From: an uncultured Gammaproteobacteria bacterium
GTDB lineage: Bacteria; Patescibacteriota; Patescibacteriia; UBA11705; DATKZF01
Length of the DNA: 64,000 nucleotides
Assembly (NCBI GenBank): GCA_964411255.1
Contig: CAYPKD010000002.1
Location: 162,141 to 226,140 of the forward strand
Direction: 5' to 3'
Positions 26,759 through 37,216 of the stretch are shown here, piece after piece (the first letter of the stretch is position 1; each line of letters starts with the position of its first letter). Made by a program: the position numbers and the translations under genes. The notes below the pieces were generated by a model. It was not told the DNA's origin. It saw only the letters and a program-made list of their open reading frames with translations, and ran no database searches.

Positions 26759-27994
26759 ATGAAAATAAAGCAAATCAAAGCTCGGGAGATTTTAGATTCT
26801 CGGGGAAACCCGACTGTTGAAGCAATAGTAATGTTGTCGAATGGCATTAAAGCCACTGCCTCAGTGCCTTCGGGCGCATCAACTGGCAAGCATGAAGCTT
26901 TAGAATTAAGGGATGGCGGAAAAAGATATGGGGGAAAAGGCGTTATGCGTGCTGTTCGAAACATTGAAAAAGTTATTGCACCAAAATTAAAAGGAATGAA
27001 TGTGATTGAGCAAGAAAAGCTTGACTGGACAATGATTGATCTGGACAATACTGCAAATAAAAAAAAGCTTGGTGCCAATGCAATTTTGGGCGTTTCTTTA
27101 GCTTGCGCCAGGGTAGCTGCGCTAGCTCAGAAAAAACCATTGTATCGCTATCTAAACCAGGCATTTAAGTTTGAAAAAATTTCAAAAATGCCATATGCAA
27201 CCATGAATATTCTAAATGGCGGCAGGCATGCAGATAATGGTTTATCTATCCAAGAGTTCATGATTATTCCAAAAACAAAAAGATTTTCAGAAAGAGTACG
27301 GGCCGGCGCTGAAATTTTTCATGCTTTAAAAAAGATATTAAAAATAAAAAAATTAATTGCCTTAGTAGGGGATGAAGGTGGATATGCTCCAAGAGTTCGT
27401 AATAATGAAGAGGCAATAAAATTAATTATTCATGCAGTAAGAAAAGCTGGCTATAAGCCCGGATTGAATGTTAATTTGGGAATGGATTTGGCAGCTTCAG
27501 AATTTTACAGAGGAAAAAAATATCATCTAGAAAGTAAAGGGATTGGTGCAGATTCAATGATTAAAATTTTAGATTCCTGGATTAAAAAGTATCCCTTTGA
27601 ATTAATGGAAGATCCGCTAAATGAAGATGACTGGGAAAATTGGGCAAAGATTACTGGGTTTTTAGGAAAAAAAGTATCTTTGGTTGGCGATGATTTATTT
27701 GTTACAAATTTTGACCGACTGGATCATGGTATTAACGTTGGTGTTGCAAATTCAATATTAATTAAGCTAAATCAAATCGGTTCAGTAACTGAAACAATGA
27801 ATACAATCAAGCTGGCAAAAGCATATAAATATAAAGTAATCGTTTCTCACCGGTCAGGCGAAACTACTGATGATTTTATTTCTGATTTATCCGTAGCTGT
27901 TCAGGCAAATTATATAAAGACCGGATCTTTGTCTCGCGGTGAACGGGTTTGTAAATATAATCGATTGATGGAAATTGAACAGGAAATTTTATAA
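26759..27994 (+). CDS. eno: enolase
   Basis: MKIKQIKAREILDSRGNPTVEA N-terminus and the SHRSGETEDTFIADL-like motif. Confidence 0.9.
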   Translation: MKIKQIKAREILDSRGNPTVEAIVMLSNGIKATASVPSGASTGKHEALELRDGGKRYGGKGVMRAVRNIEKVIAPKLKGMNVIEQEKLDWTMIDLDNTANKKKLGANAILGVSLACARVAALAQKKPLYRYLNQAFKFEKISKMPYATMNILNGGRHADNGLSIQEFMIIPKTKRFSERVRAGAEIFHALKKILKIKKLIALVGDEGGYAPRVRNNEEAIKLIIHAVRKAGYKPGLNVNLGMDLAASEFYRGKKYHLESKGIGADSMIKILDSWIKKYPFELMEDPLNEDDWENWAKITGFLGKKVSLVGDDLFVTNFDRLDHGINVGVANSILIKLNQIGSVTETMNTIKLAKAYKYKVIVSHRSGETTDDFISDLSVAVQANYIKTGSLSRGERVCKYNRLMEIEQEIL

Positions 27995-27996
27995 AT

Positions 27997-29541
27997 ATGT
28001 CCACTAAGAAAAATTTACCATTAATACTTTTAATCCTTGACGGCTGGGGCATTGCTCCCAAAAATAAAGGCAATGCAATAGAATTGGCTAAAAAGCCAAA
28101 TTTTGATTTTTTATTAAAAAAATATTCACATACCAGCTTATTTGCTCATGGCAGGCATGTGGGATTACCAGAAAATCAGGTAGGAAATTCAGAAGCAGGG
28201 CATTTAAATATTGGCGCTGGGCGTGTAGTAAAGCAGGATTCTGTTATTATATCAAAAGCGATTAAGGATGGGACATTTTATAAAAATACTGCTATCTTAG
28301 AACTGATAAAGCATGTAAATAAAAATAAATCAGATTTGCATCTGATGGGCTTAATATCACTTCATAATAGCCCTCACATGAGTTTGGAGCATTTATATGC
28401 TTTAACAAAAATGGCATGTAAACAATGTAAAAATATATATTTGCATCTTTTTACTGACGGACGTGACTCACCGCAATTTGCTGCTGCAGATATTTTAAGA
28501 CAGGTTCAGAAAAAATTACCTGAAAAAGTAAAAATTGTTTCTTTGGTTGGAAGATTTTATGCTATGGATAGAAATAAAAGATGGCAGAGAACCCAAACAG
28601 CTTATGAGCTTTTAATCAGCGGCAAAGGAGAAGTGTTCGAAGATTTTGATAAAGCAGTTTTGCATTCATATAACAAAGAATTAACCGATGAATTTTTGGA
28701 GCCGAGCTTAATTGTACCAAAAGGGAAAAAGCCTGTTTTAATAAAGGACAATGACGGTATTGTGTTTTTTAATTTACGATCTGACCGGGCCAGGCAATTA
28801 ACAAAATGTTTTGTCCAAAAAGATTTTAATAAAATAAATCCAAAGTCATTTAAGAGAAAAAAGAAATTAAAAAATTTAGCTTTTGTCGCATTGACTGATT
28901 TTGGCCCTGATTTAAATAATATTTTAACCGCCTATCCGAGCGTAACAGAAAAAAATACGATGCCAATTCTTTTACAGAATTTAAGGCAGGTGTATATTTC
29001 AGAAACCGAGAAGTATGCCCATGTGACATACTTTATCAATGGCGGTTCTGACAAGCCGGTTAATGGAGAAGATAGAATAAATATAGCTTCTCCTAATGTA
29101 AGAAGCTATGATTTAAAGCCTGAAATGAGTGCTTATAAGATCACTGATAAAATACTGGATTTATTATCAAAGAAAAGCTATGATTATTATGTGGTAAATT
29201 TAGCTAACCCAGATATGGTCGGTCATACAGGCAATCTTGAAGCTGGGATAAAGGCGATTGAGGCTACTGATAAATGTATTGGAGCAATTTATAAAAAGTT
29301 TTTAGCAGCTAAAGGCACTTGTATTATCACAGCTGATCATGGTAATGCAGAAAAAATGCTTGATTTAAAGACTGGTGAAAAATTTACTGAACACACAGTA
29401 AATAAAGTACCGTTTATTTTTGTTAATAGTAAAAATGTTAAATTGCGGTCTAATGGGCGTTTATCTCATATAATGTCAACAGTGCTTGATGTGATAAATC
29501 AAAAAAATCATAAAATTAGATCAAAGTCATTAATAAACTAG
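27997..29541 (+). CDS. gpmI: 2,3-bisphosphoglycerate-independent phosphoglycerate mutase (copy 1)
   Basis: LILDGWGIA and GNSEAGHLNIGAGR. 514 aa. Confidence 0.8.
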   Translation: MSTKKNLPLILLILDGWGIAPKNKGNAIELAKKPNFDFLLKKYSHTSLFAHGRHVGLPENQVGNSEAGHLNIGAGRVVKQDSVIISKAIKDGTFYKNTAILELIKHVNKNKSDLHLMGLISLHNSPHMSLEHLYALTKMACKQCKNIYLHLFTDGRDSPQFAAADILRQVQKKLPEKVKIVSLVGRFYAMDRNKRWQRTQTAYELLISGKGEVFEDFDKAVLHSYNKELTDEFLEPSLIVPKGKKPVLIKDNDGIVFFNLRSDRARQLTKCFVQKDFNKINPKSFKRKKKLKNLAFVALTDFGPDLNNILTAYPSVTEKNTMPILLQNLRQVYISETEKYAHVTYFINGGSDKPVNGEDRINIASPNVRSYDLKPEMSAYKITDKILDLLSKKSYDYYVVNLANPDMVGHTGNLEAGIKAIEATDKCIGAIYKKFLAAKGTCIITADHGNAEKMLDLKTGEKFTEHTVNKVPFIFVNSKNVKLRSNGRLSHIMSTVLDVINQKNHKIRSKSLIN

Positions 29542-29543
29542 TT

Positions 29544-31130
29544 ATGGCTCAACAAGTACCAAAACCTTTAACCCTTATTGTTTTAGACGGCTGGGGAGTG
29601 GCTCCTCCATCTGATGGCAATGCCATTTCATTGGCTAACACTCCAAATATTGACCGGTTTATCGCTAATTATCCGGCAATGACAATTTTAACTTCAGGTG
29701 AATCTGTTGGATTATCTGAAAATGAACCGGGTAATTCAGAGGTTGGACATCTAACAATGGGTATAGGCAGGGTTTTCTATCAAAATTTGCCCAGAGTGAA
29801 CCGTGCAATAAAGAACGGAGATTTTTTTAATAATCAGGCTTTTTTTAAAGCGGTAAATCATGTAAAAGTGAACAAATCTAAACTGCATTTGATAGGGATT
29901 TTAAGCGATGGAAATATTCAAGGGTCAATAGATCATTTATACGCCTTGCTTGAATTGGCCAGACAACAAAAGGTAAGCGAGGTATACATTCATGTTATTT
30001 TGGACGGACTTGACTCTTTAGAAAGTGGTGGAAAAGATTTTATAAATGATTTGGAAAAAAAGATTCATGAAACAGGAGTTGGTGAAATCGCATCAATATC
30101 AGGCAGATTTTTTGCATTAGATAGAGACGGTCATTGGGACAGAACCCAAAAAGCTTTTTATGCAATTGTACACGGACAGGCAGATGAATTTTATGATAAT
30201 CCGGCTGAAGCGATTGAATCTTCTTATAAAAAACAGATTTTTGATCAGGGGTTTCGGCCAGTTGTTATTACCAAAGGCGGTAAGCCAAAAACTACAGTTA
30301 CTGAAAAAGACGCTATAATTTTTTATAATATAAAAGGCGACCGTGCCAGTCAGCTTACAAAATCCTTTGTGCTGGATGAATTTTTAAAATTTGAAAGAGG
30401 ACCTAAAATTGCAAATTTGGTTTTTGTCACTATGACTCAATATGAAAAAGATTTACCAGTGGATGTTGCTTTCCCAAAGCAAATTGTTAAGACTTCATTA
30501 ACAAAAGCAATTAGCGATAACGGCCTTAAGCAGCTTTACATCGCTGAAACTGAAAAATATGCCCATGTTACTTTTTTCTTAAGTGGTAATACTGAGGAGC
30601 CGTTTATTGGCGAGGATAGAGTGGTAATACCGTCTCCTCAGATTGATTCTTATGTGCAAAAGCCAGAAATGAGCGCATTGGAAATTAGTAAACGGCTTGA
30701 AAAGGAAATTCTAAGGGAAGTATATGATTTTATTGTGTGCAATTTAGCCAATGCTGACATGCTTGGCCATACAGGGGATATTGAAGCGACGAAAAAGGCT
30801 ATTGAAACAGTGGATAAAGTAATTGGCACTATTGTGAATTTGGTTTTATCAAAGGATGGTGCGGTAGTATTGGTCGGTGACCATGGTAATGCTGAGGAAA
30901 TGAGAGATTTACAAACAGGAGAAATAAATAAAGAGCATACAAAAAATCCAGTTCCCTTTATAATTATTGGCAAAGAGTGGGAAGGAAAAAACATAGGAGT
31001 ATCTGAAAGCATTGGAAATGACTTAAGCTTGATAAAACCGGTTGGAATTTTAGCAGATGTAGCGCCAACAATATTGAAAATTTTAAATTTACCCGTTCCA
31101 GAGGAAATGACAGGTAAATCATTGATTTAA
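29544..31130 (+). CDS. 2,3-bisphosphoglycerate-independent phosphoglycerate mutase paralog (copy 2)
   Basis: LIVLDGWGVAP and GNSEVGHLTMGIGR. 528 aa. A tandem paralog of the preceding gene. Confidence 0.75.
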   Translation: MAQQVPKPLTLIVLDGWGVAPPSDGNAISLANTPNIDRFIANYPAMTILTSGESVGLSENEPGNSEVGHLTMGIGRVFYQNLPRVNRAIKNGDFFNNQAFFKAVNHVKVNKSKLHLIGILSDGNIQGSIDHLYALLELARQQKVSEVYIHVILDGLDSLESGGKDFINDLEKKIHETGVGEIASISGRFFALDRDGHWDRTQKAFYAIVHGQADEFYDNPAEAIESSYKKQIFDQGFRPVVITKGGKPKTTVTEKDAIIFYNIKGDRASQLTKSFVLDEFLKFERGPKIANLVFVTMTQYEKDLPVDVAFPKQIVKTSLTKAISDNGLKQLYIAETEKYAHVTFFLSGNTEEPFIGEDRVVIPSPQIDSYVQKPEMSALEISKRLEKEILREVYDFIVCNLANADMLGHTGDIEATKKAIETVDKVIGTIVNLVLSKDGAVVLVGDHGNAEEMRDLQTGEINKEHTKNPVPFIIIGKEWEGKNIGVSESIGNDLSLIKPVGILADVAPTILKILNLPVPEEMTGKSLI

Positions 31131-31137
31131 ATATTTT

Positions 31138-31992
31138 ATGCCAGAATTACCAGAAGTTGAAATTTTAAAACGCGACCTTCAAAAAGTTCTGCCTGGTAAA
31201 ATGATTGAAAAGGTAAAAATTATAGATTTTGCAAAAAAGATAGAACCTAAAAATTTAAGCAGTAAATTAAAAGGCAAAAAAATAAAAAAAGTCTGGCGTA
31301 GGCAAAAAATGATAATTTTTGATTTAGATGATAATAATTATTTAGTCACGCATTTGAAAATGACTGGCCAGTATGTGTTTGCGCCCAAAACAGGCAAGCT
31401 AATATTTGGCGGGCATGGGGTGCCTGGAGTTGAAAAAGTTCCAAATAAATTCACTCATGCTATTTTTTATTTAAAAAATGATGGCATACTTTATTTTAGC
31501 GATTTGAGAAAATTCGGCTGGATTAAACTGATAGATAGAAAAGATTTGGAACAAGTTTTTGAAAAATTTGGAATAGAACCATTAACAGGCGAATTTACTT
31601 TGAAGTATTTCAGATCGCTTCTTGCAAAATATCCGAAAAAGCACATTAAATTAATTCTATTAGATCAGTCCAAAATTGCCGGACTTGGAAATATTTATGC
31701 AGCTGAGATTTTATTTGCCTCAAAAGTGAGACCAGACCGTGCAGCTGGAATGTTAAGTGATAAAGAAGCAAAATCTATTTTTAATAATATAAAAAGAATC
31801 CTTGCGGATTCAATAAAAAATAGAAGTACTGCAGAAAACACTTATCCAAATTCAAAAAAAGTTGGAGGATATACAAAAAAGCTGAAAGTTTACAGAAGAG
31901 AAGGGGAAAAGTGTATGCGATGCAATGCAGAGCTTAAAAGAATGAAAAACGGGGGCAGGAGTACAGTTTATTGTCCAATTTGCCAAAAGTAA
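31138..31992 (+). CDS. mutM: formamidopyrimidine-DNA glycosylase
   Basis: MPELPEVE N-terminus. C-terminal zinc finger CMRCNAELKRMKNGGRSTVYCPICQ. Confidence 0.9.
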   Translation: MPELPEVEILKRDLQKVLPGKMIEKVKIIDFAKKIEPKNLSSKLKGKKIKKVWRRQKMIIFDLDDNNYLVTHLKMTGQYVFAPKTGKLIFGGHGVPGVEKVPNKFTHAIFYLKNDGILYFSDLRKFGWIKLIDRKDLEQVFEKFGIEPLTGEFTLKYFRSLLAKYPKKHIKLILLDQSKIAGLGNIYAAEILFASKVRPDRAAGMLSDKEAKSIFNNIKRILADSIKNRSTAENTYPNSKKVGGYTKKLKVYRREGEKCMRCNAELKRMKNGGRSTVYCPICQK

Positions 31993-32424
31993 TTATAAGG
32001 TTTTTATAAAAAAATAAATTAATGGAATGACAATTCCAATTAATGCGCCAATAAAAGCTTCAAGCGGAGTATGACCAAGTCTGGTAGATAAGCTTTTAAA
32101 CTCGGCCTTTTTAGAATCTGGCATCTGATGGACCATTTCATTTAAAACTTTTGCATGTTTGCCTAACGTTCTTCTAAATCCAATAGCATCGCGGATTGTT
32201 AGGATAGCAAATATTAGAGCAATAGAAAAAGCAACAGAAGTCCAGCCTTCGTAATATCCGGCAACAATTGCTAAAGATGTAACAAATGCTGTATGAGATG
32301 ACGGCATACCACCATAACTGTTGATTTCACCCCAAGAAAATTTACCTTTTGCAGCACTTACGATTAATTTAATAATTTGGCATAAAATGCCAGCAATGAT
32401 AGGTAATAAAATAATTTGAATCAT
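31993..32424 (-). CDS. divergent PAP2 / acid phosphatase-vanadium haloperoxidase-related membrane protein (YuiD-like)
   Basis: GGMPSSHTA motif. 143-aa polytopic protein. Confidence 0.55.
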   Translation of the reverse strand: MIQIILLPIIAGILCQIIKLIVSAAKGKFSWGEINSYGGMPSSHTAFVTSLAIVAGYYEGWTSVAFSIALIFAILTIRDAIGFRRTLGKHAKVLNEMVHQMPDSKKAEFKSLSTRLGHTPLEAFIGALIGIVIPLIYFFIKTL

Positions 32425-32560
32425 ATAACAGGGTCATTAGTCATTGGGCCTAGCTGCCAGTATTGTCATTTGGTCTAAAGTCATAAGTTTAAGTTTACCA
32501 ATTACCAAAGACTAAAAACCAAACTGGCTGCTGATCCTAACGACCTAAGACCATTTAATT

Positions 32561-33370
32561 ATGTATTTGATTTCATTAATACTAGGTATTATACAAGGTA
32601 TAACTGAGTTTTTACCAATTTCAAGCTCTGGGCACTTAATCGTGTTCAGAGAAATTTTGAATTTTGAAATTTCCGATAGTTTAAGTTTTGATATTGCAGT
32701 TCATTTTGGAACATTGCTGGCGGTTATTGTTTTCTTTTATAAGGACGTAGTTCGACTTATTAAAGCCTGGTTTACTAGTTTTACAAATTTGAAAAAGATG
32801 AATTCTGACCAAAAAGTTGCTTGGCAGGTAATTTTAGGAACAATCCCGGCAGCAATTATCGGTGCCTTGTTCAGTGAATGGATTGATAATTATATTAGAA
32901 ATACGCTTGTAGTTATTATAACATTAATTGCTGGTGGAATTCTATTTTTGATTATAGAAAGATTTTATAAAGCAAAACTGGACATGAAAGATTTGAATTG
33001 GAAAACCGCATTTACCATTGGTATTGCTCAGGCAATTGCTTTGATCCCAGGAGTATCAAGATCAGGTATTACCATTATAACAGGAATGGGATTTAAATTA
33101 CATAGGACAGAAGCGGCACGGTTTAGTTTTCTTTTAGGCATACCAGCTATTCTGGGCGCTACAGTTTGGGGAGTTATAAAATTGGATTATTCTGTGATGG
33201 AAAATAGCGACTGGATTATATTCGCAATTGGAATAATAAGTTCAGCTATAGTAGGATTTTTTGCAATTAAATTTTTATTTGCTATACTGAAAAAATATAG
33301 TATGAGGCCATTTGCCTATTATAGGTTTGTATTGGCAATTGTTTTAATAATTTATTTATTTTTGAAATAA
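32561..33370 (+). CDS. uppP: undecaprenyl-diphosphatase
   Basis: GITEFLPISSSGHL N-terminal motif. 269-aa polytopic protein. Confidence 0.85.
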   Translation: MYLISLILGIIQGITEFLPISSSGHLIVFREILNFEISDSLSFDIAVHFGTLLAVIVFFYKDVVRLIKAWFTSFTNLKKMNSDQKVAWQVILGTIPAAIIGALFSEWIDNYIRNTLVVIITLIAGGILFLIIERFYKAKLDMKDLNWKTAFTIGIAQAIALIPGVSRSGITIITGMGFKLHRTEAARFSFLLGIPAILGATVWGVIKLDYSVMENSDWIIFAIGIISSAIVGFFAIKFLFAILKKYSMRPFAYYRFVLAIVLIIYLFLK

Positions 33371-33396
33371 AAAATCCCAGAATATTATCCTGAGAA

Positions 33397-33834
33397 TTAT
33401 GTGGATTTTACTGAAAACTGTGGAAGACTAGAGAGCTTTTGAATAATCCATTTACCAATACGGTATAGCACGATGCCAACTATGAACGGGGAGTGAATCA
33501 CAAATTTCCATGTATTTGCTAGAATCTTGATTGGCCAAAAGAGGATCAATAGTACTGAGTAAGTACCTCTATTTAATGATTCAACGGGGGGTGAGGGAAC
33601 ATCCTCATCATATTCGTGGCAAATATATTTTCCTTCTTTATGATTCATGTAATGGCCCGGGAAGAGAAAATATCCATACCAAACAGGTTTTAGTAATATT
33701 TCATAGCAGTCTTTTTCTACTTTTGAGCCATGCCATACTTTGATACTATATTTGAGAAGAAATCGGCCAATTTGATAATATACTGTTGCAGCACCAATAA
33801 TTACAAGTATGATTTCAATGAAAGATCTTTCCAC
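33397..33834 (-). CDS. tandem-paralog membrane protein C (diverged)
   Basis: Related to 33938..34360 and 34465..34923 (IGYL/IGRFL ... WH ... WP(I/M)K(I/V)L). Confidence 0.5.
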   Translation of the reverse strand: MERSFIEIILVIIGAATVYYQIGRFLLKYSIKVWHGSKVEKDCYEILLKPVWYGYFLFPGHYMNHKEGKYICHEYDEDVPSPPVESLNRGTYSVLLILFWPIKILANTWKFVIHSPFIVGIVLYRIGKWIIQKLSSLPQFSVKST

Positions 33835-33919
33835 TTTTGCCTCCTTGCTGGGGGTGGGGGAAGAAACATTTCAATATATTACTTAAAAAAATAATTTTTG
33901 TCAAGAAATAAAAAATCCC

Positions 33920-33945
33920 TGGTTTTGAACCAAGGGATTATGCAG
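33920..33945 (-). terminator. terminator module AATCCCTGGTTTTGAACCAAGGGATT (copy 1)
   Basis: Palindromic hairpin. The minus strand is followed by TTTTTATTTCTTGACAAAAATT. An identical module lies at 34441-34466. Confidence 0.6.
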
Positions 33946-34360
33946 AGTTTATTCTGAAGATTTTTCTTATCGGCAGAGTAAAAAGCTTTCCAATTTGAAT
34001 TATCAATAAAGCAACACCGTAAATGATAGCTATGGGAAGGCCAATACCTATCAGACCAGATGTATTAAACAATACCTTTATTGGCCACGAAAGCATCATC
34101 GCTCGTTTGTATTGTCTTTCATTCATTAGATCTATTGGCACACCAGGAGCAATAGCAATTGAGAATGATATTGGAAATATTAGATAAACATACCAATATT
34201 TTGTAATTTTGCGTTTATAATCAGAGTTGTTAATATTCTTATTGCTGATGACATTATGCCAGGTTTTCCAGCTGATATGCGCAAACAGGTAGCCTATATT
34301 GCAATAAATGAAAAGACTTATAAATATTACCAATACCCAAGTCATAGTTGATAGTTCCAT
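33938..34360 (-). CDS. tandem-paralog membrane protein B
   Basis: About 60% identical to 34465..34923 (CNIGYLFAHISWKTWHN). Confidence 0.55.
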   Translation of the reverse strand: MELSTMTWVLVIFISLFIYCNIGYLFAHISWKTWHNVISNKNINNSDYKRKITKYWYVYLIFPISFSIAIAPGVPIDLMNERQYKRAMMLSWPIKVLFNTSGLIGIGLPIAIIYGVALLIIQIGKLFTLPIRKIFRINSA

Positions 34361-34440
34361 TTATAACCCCCTAATTGTTGTTGTGAAAGGACTAATTATT
34401 ATACTTTACAGGTAATACGAATTTTTGTCAAGAAATAAAA

Positions 34441-34466
34441 AATCCCTGGTTTTGAACCAAGGGATT
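34441..34466 (-). terminator. terminator module AATCCCTGGTTTTGAACCAAGGGATT (copy 2)
   Basis: Identical to copy 1. Overlaps the stop of 34465..34923. Confidence 0.6.
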
Positions 34467-34923
34467 ATACTGAATTAATTTTGAATAATTTCTTTACAGG
34501 TAGAGTGAAAAGTTTTCCGATTTGGATTGCGAGTAACCCAATGACATAGCCAATAGCTATAGGAATTCCTAATAACCATATTATAGTCCCAATATTTTGA
34601 CAAATGATTATTGTTAATGAAAGAATATTATATATTATTTTCATTGGCCACAAGAACATCATCATTCGCTTGTATTGTTTTTCTTTCATTCCATCTATTG
34701 GCACTTCTTCACCACCGCATTCATAGAATGACATAGGGAATATCAGATAAGCATACCAATATTTCGTGATTTTGCGCTTATTATTAAAGTAGTTAATCTT
34801 CTTGTTGAGGATGATATTGTGCCAGGTTTTCCAGCTAATATGAGCGAGTAGATAGCCAATGTTGCAATAAACAAATACGATGCATATAATTATTAATGTC
34901 CAAGCACTTGCAGATATTTCCAT
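34465..34923 (-). CDS. tandem-paralog membrane protein A
   Basis: CNIGYLLAHISWKTWHN. 3-4 TM segments. Confidence 0.55.
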   Translation of the reverse strand: MEISASAWTLIIICIVFVYCNIGYLLAHISWKTWHNIILNKKINYFNNKRKITKYWYAYLIFPMSFYECGGEEVPIDGMKEKQYKRMMMFLWPMKIIYNILSLTIIICQNIGTIIWLLGIPIAIGYVIGLLAIQIGKLFTLPVKKLFKINSV

Positions 34924-34993
34924 GTTTACCTCCTGCGCTACGGATATGACGAGTGAATTAGATCTTACAAATAATAATAATTTTTGTCAATGT

Positions 34994-35083
34994 GATAAGC
35001 AAGACAAACGAGACAAGTGAAATATGTAAAAGAATTGGAGACTTGTCTTGCTCGTCTTGCTCGTTTAACTTGTCTTGCTTATA
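34994..35083. repeat. apparently empty inverted-repeat pair of the AGCAAGACAAGT / ACTTGTCTTGCT cassette family (MITE-like)
   Basis: Left GATAAGCAAGACAAACGAGACAAGTGA and right GACTTGTCTTGCTCGTCTTGCTCGTTTAACTTGTCTTGCTTAT are separated by only 20 bp. Lies immediately upstream of the manC-like start. Confidence 0.5.
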
Positions 35084-35089
35084 AATAAT

Positions 35090-36172
35090 ATGAAAATAAT
35101 CATCATGGCTGGCGGAGGAGGAACCAGACTTTGGCCGCAAAGCAGAGAATCAAAACCAAAGCAATTTTCCAAAATTATTGGAGATAAAACATTATTTGAA
35201 CAAACATTGGACAGGTTCAAGGATTTTGATATTAAAGACGTTTATATTGCCTTGGGCAGAAAGCATTTGGAAGCGGCAAAAACTTTAGCTCCTCAAATCC
35301 CTGATGAAAATTATATTATTGAACCATGCAAAAGAGATACTGGTCCTGCAATGGCTTATGTCTGCTTGAATTTATTAGAAAAATACGGAGATGAGACCAT
35401 TGCATTTATTCCATCTGATCATTTTATTGGTGATAATGATAAGTTCATGCAAACAATTAGCGTGGCTGATAAATTAATTCAAAATACTGGAAAGCTTTTA
35501 GACATTTCTGTTGCCCCAAACTTTCCAAGCACGGTTTTGGGTTATACAAAAATTGGCGAAAAGTATTTACAGGAAAATGGAACTGAAATATATAAATTTT
35601 TAAGCCATACTGAAAAGCCAGATTTTGAAACTGCAAAAAAATATTTGGAAGATGGCAGCTATCTGTGGCATGCCAGCTATTACATGTGGACACCACGCAA
35701 ATTCATTGAAGCCTTTGAAAAATACGCGCCGCAGATTTTAGATCATGTGAAAAGAATTATCGATGCTAATAAAAATAATGATGACAAAACAATAGAAGAT
35801 ACGTGTGATGTTATGGAAAGTATTTCAATCGACTATGCTGTAACAGAAAAAATAAATTCTGAAGATGTATTAATAATAAAAGCGAACTTCACCTGGAGTG
35901 ATATTGGGGCTTTTGATGTTTTGTATGATGCACAAAAAAGCAAAACAGATGAAGAGAAGAATTTAATACAGGCAAATTGGGTGGGAATAGATTGTTCTGG
36001 ATGTTTGATTAAAGGCGCAGCTGATAAAATGATCGCTACCATTGGAATTGATGATATTGTAATAGTTGATACGGAAAATGCATTGTTGGTTTGCAAAAAA
36101 GGGAGTGCTCAGGAGATAAAAAAGATCATAAATAAATTAAAAGAAGACGAAACCAAAAAGAAATTTCTATGA
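35090..36172 (+). CDS. mannose-1-phosphate guanylyltransferase-like nucleotidyltransferase
   Basis: IIIMAGGGGTRLWPQSRESKPKQF (G-x-G-T-R-L). ORF 35075..36172; the ATG at 35090 is more plausible. Confidence 0.7.
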   Translation: MKIIIMAGGGGTRLWPQSRESKPKQFSKIIGDKTLFEQTLDRFKDFDIKDVYIALGRKHLEAAKTLAPQIPDENYIIEPCKRDTGPAMAYVCLNLLEKYGDETIAFIPSDHFIGDNDKFMQTISVADKLIQNTGKLLDISVAPNFPSTVLGYTKIGEKYLQENGTEIYKFLSHTEKPDFETAKKYLEDGSYLWHASYYMWTPRKFIEAFEKYAPQILDHVKRIIDANKNNDDKTIEDTCDVMESISIDYAVTEKINSEDVLIIKANFTWSDIGAFDVLYDAQKSKTDEEKNLIQANWVGIDCSGCLIKGAADKMIATIGIDDIVIVDTENALLVCKKGSAQEIKKIINKLKEDETKKKFL

Positions 36173-37173
36173 AAAAACTATTTTACATTTTGATAATAGT
36201 ATTAATCATTATCGCAGTCTTTGTATATTTGAAGTGGAACAATCTCAATTCACAATTACTGATTGATGAAAAGACATCGTTTAAGATAGAAAGTGGAACA
36301 AATGCTGAAACGATTGTAAATAATTTAGCAGCACAAAATATTATAAAGGATAAAACCGCATTGATTTGGTATATTAAATTCAAGAAGGTAGGCGATGATT
36401 TTATTGCCGGAACCTATTGGCTTGAGCCAGCGCACACCTCTATAGATCTAATCGATGTGCTTAGTGGCCAAGGAGAGGTTGTCGGAAAGATAACAATAAT
36501 TGAAGGCTGGGATCAAATGCAAATTGCTGCAGAATTAACTGAACAAAATATTGTATCAGGCATGTTATTTCTTGATGAAGTTGAAAAAGGAGATTGGAGA
36601 GCTGAAAGTAAATGGACTATTTGGGATGGAAAACCCGTTGAATCAGATTTAGAAGGATATTTATATCCAGATACATATTTTTTTGATCCAGAAGATGGGG
36701 CAAAGGGAGTTATTGAAAAAATGTTAACTAATTTTAATAAAAAATTAACAAAGGATTTAAGAAATGAGATTAAAAGCCAGGGTAAAACAGTTTATGAAGT
36801 ATTAACTCTGGCATCAATTGTTGAAAAGGAAATGTATGGAGAAGAAGATAGAAGAATGGTTGCTGATGTTTTTCTGAAAAGATTAGAAGATGGCATTGCT
36901 TTACAATCTGATGCAACAATTAATTATATTACAAAAAAGGGGACAACCAGGCCAAGCTATGCTGATTTGGAAATCCAGGATCCATATAATACATACAGAA
37001 GTAAAGGTCTGCCGCCTGGCCCGATTTGCAATCCAAGTATTGAATCGATTAAAGCTGTAATTTATCCCAAATCAAATGATTACTATTATTTTCTAAATAC
37101 AGAGGATGGAACAATTATCTACAGCAAAACATTTGAAGAGCACGTGGTAAACAAACATAAGTACCTAAAATAA
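36169..37173 (+). CDS. mltG: endolytic murein transglycosylase MltG (YceG family)
   Basis: N-terminal TM, YceG-like core and GLPPGPICNPS motif. Overlaps the previous gene by 4 nt. Confidence 0.75.
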   Translation: MKKLFYILIIVLIIIAVFVYLKWNNLNSQLLIDEKTSFKIESGTNAETIVNNLAAQNIIKDKTALIWYIKFKKVGDDFIAGTYWLEPAHTSIDLIDVLSGQGEVVGKITIIEGWDQMQIAAELTEQNIVSGMLFLDEVEKGDWRAESKWTIWDGKPVESDLEGYLYPDTYFFDPEDGAKGVIEKMLTNFNKKLTKDLRNEIKSQGKTVYEVLTLASIVEKEMYGEEDRRMVADVFLKRLEDGIALQSDATINYITKKGTTRPSYADLEIQDPYNTYRSKGLPPGPICNPSIESIKAVIYPKSNDYYYFLNTEDGTIIYSKTFEEHVVNKHKYLK

Positions 37174-37216
37174 GATTTTTATAAAAAGAAAAAAGGCCAT
37201 AATGAATGGTCTTTTT

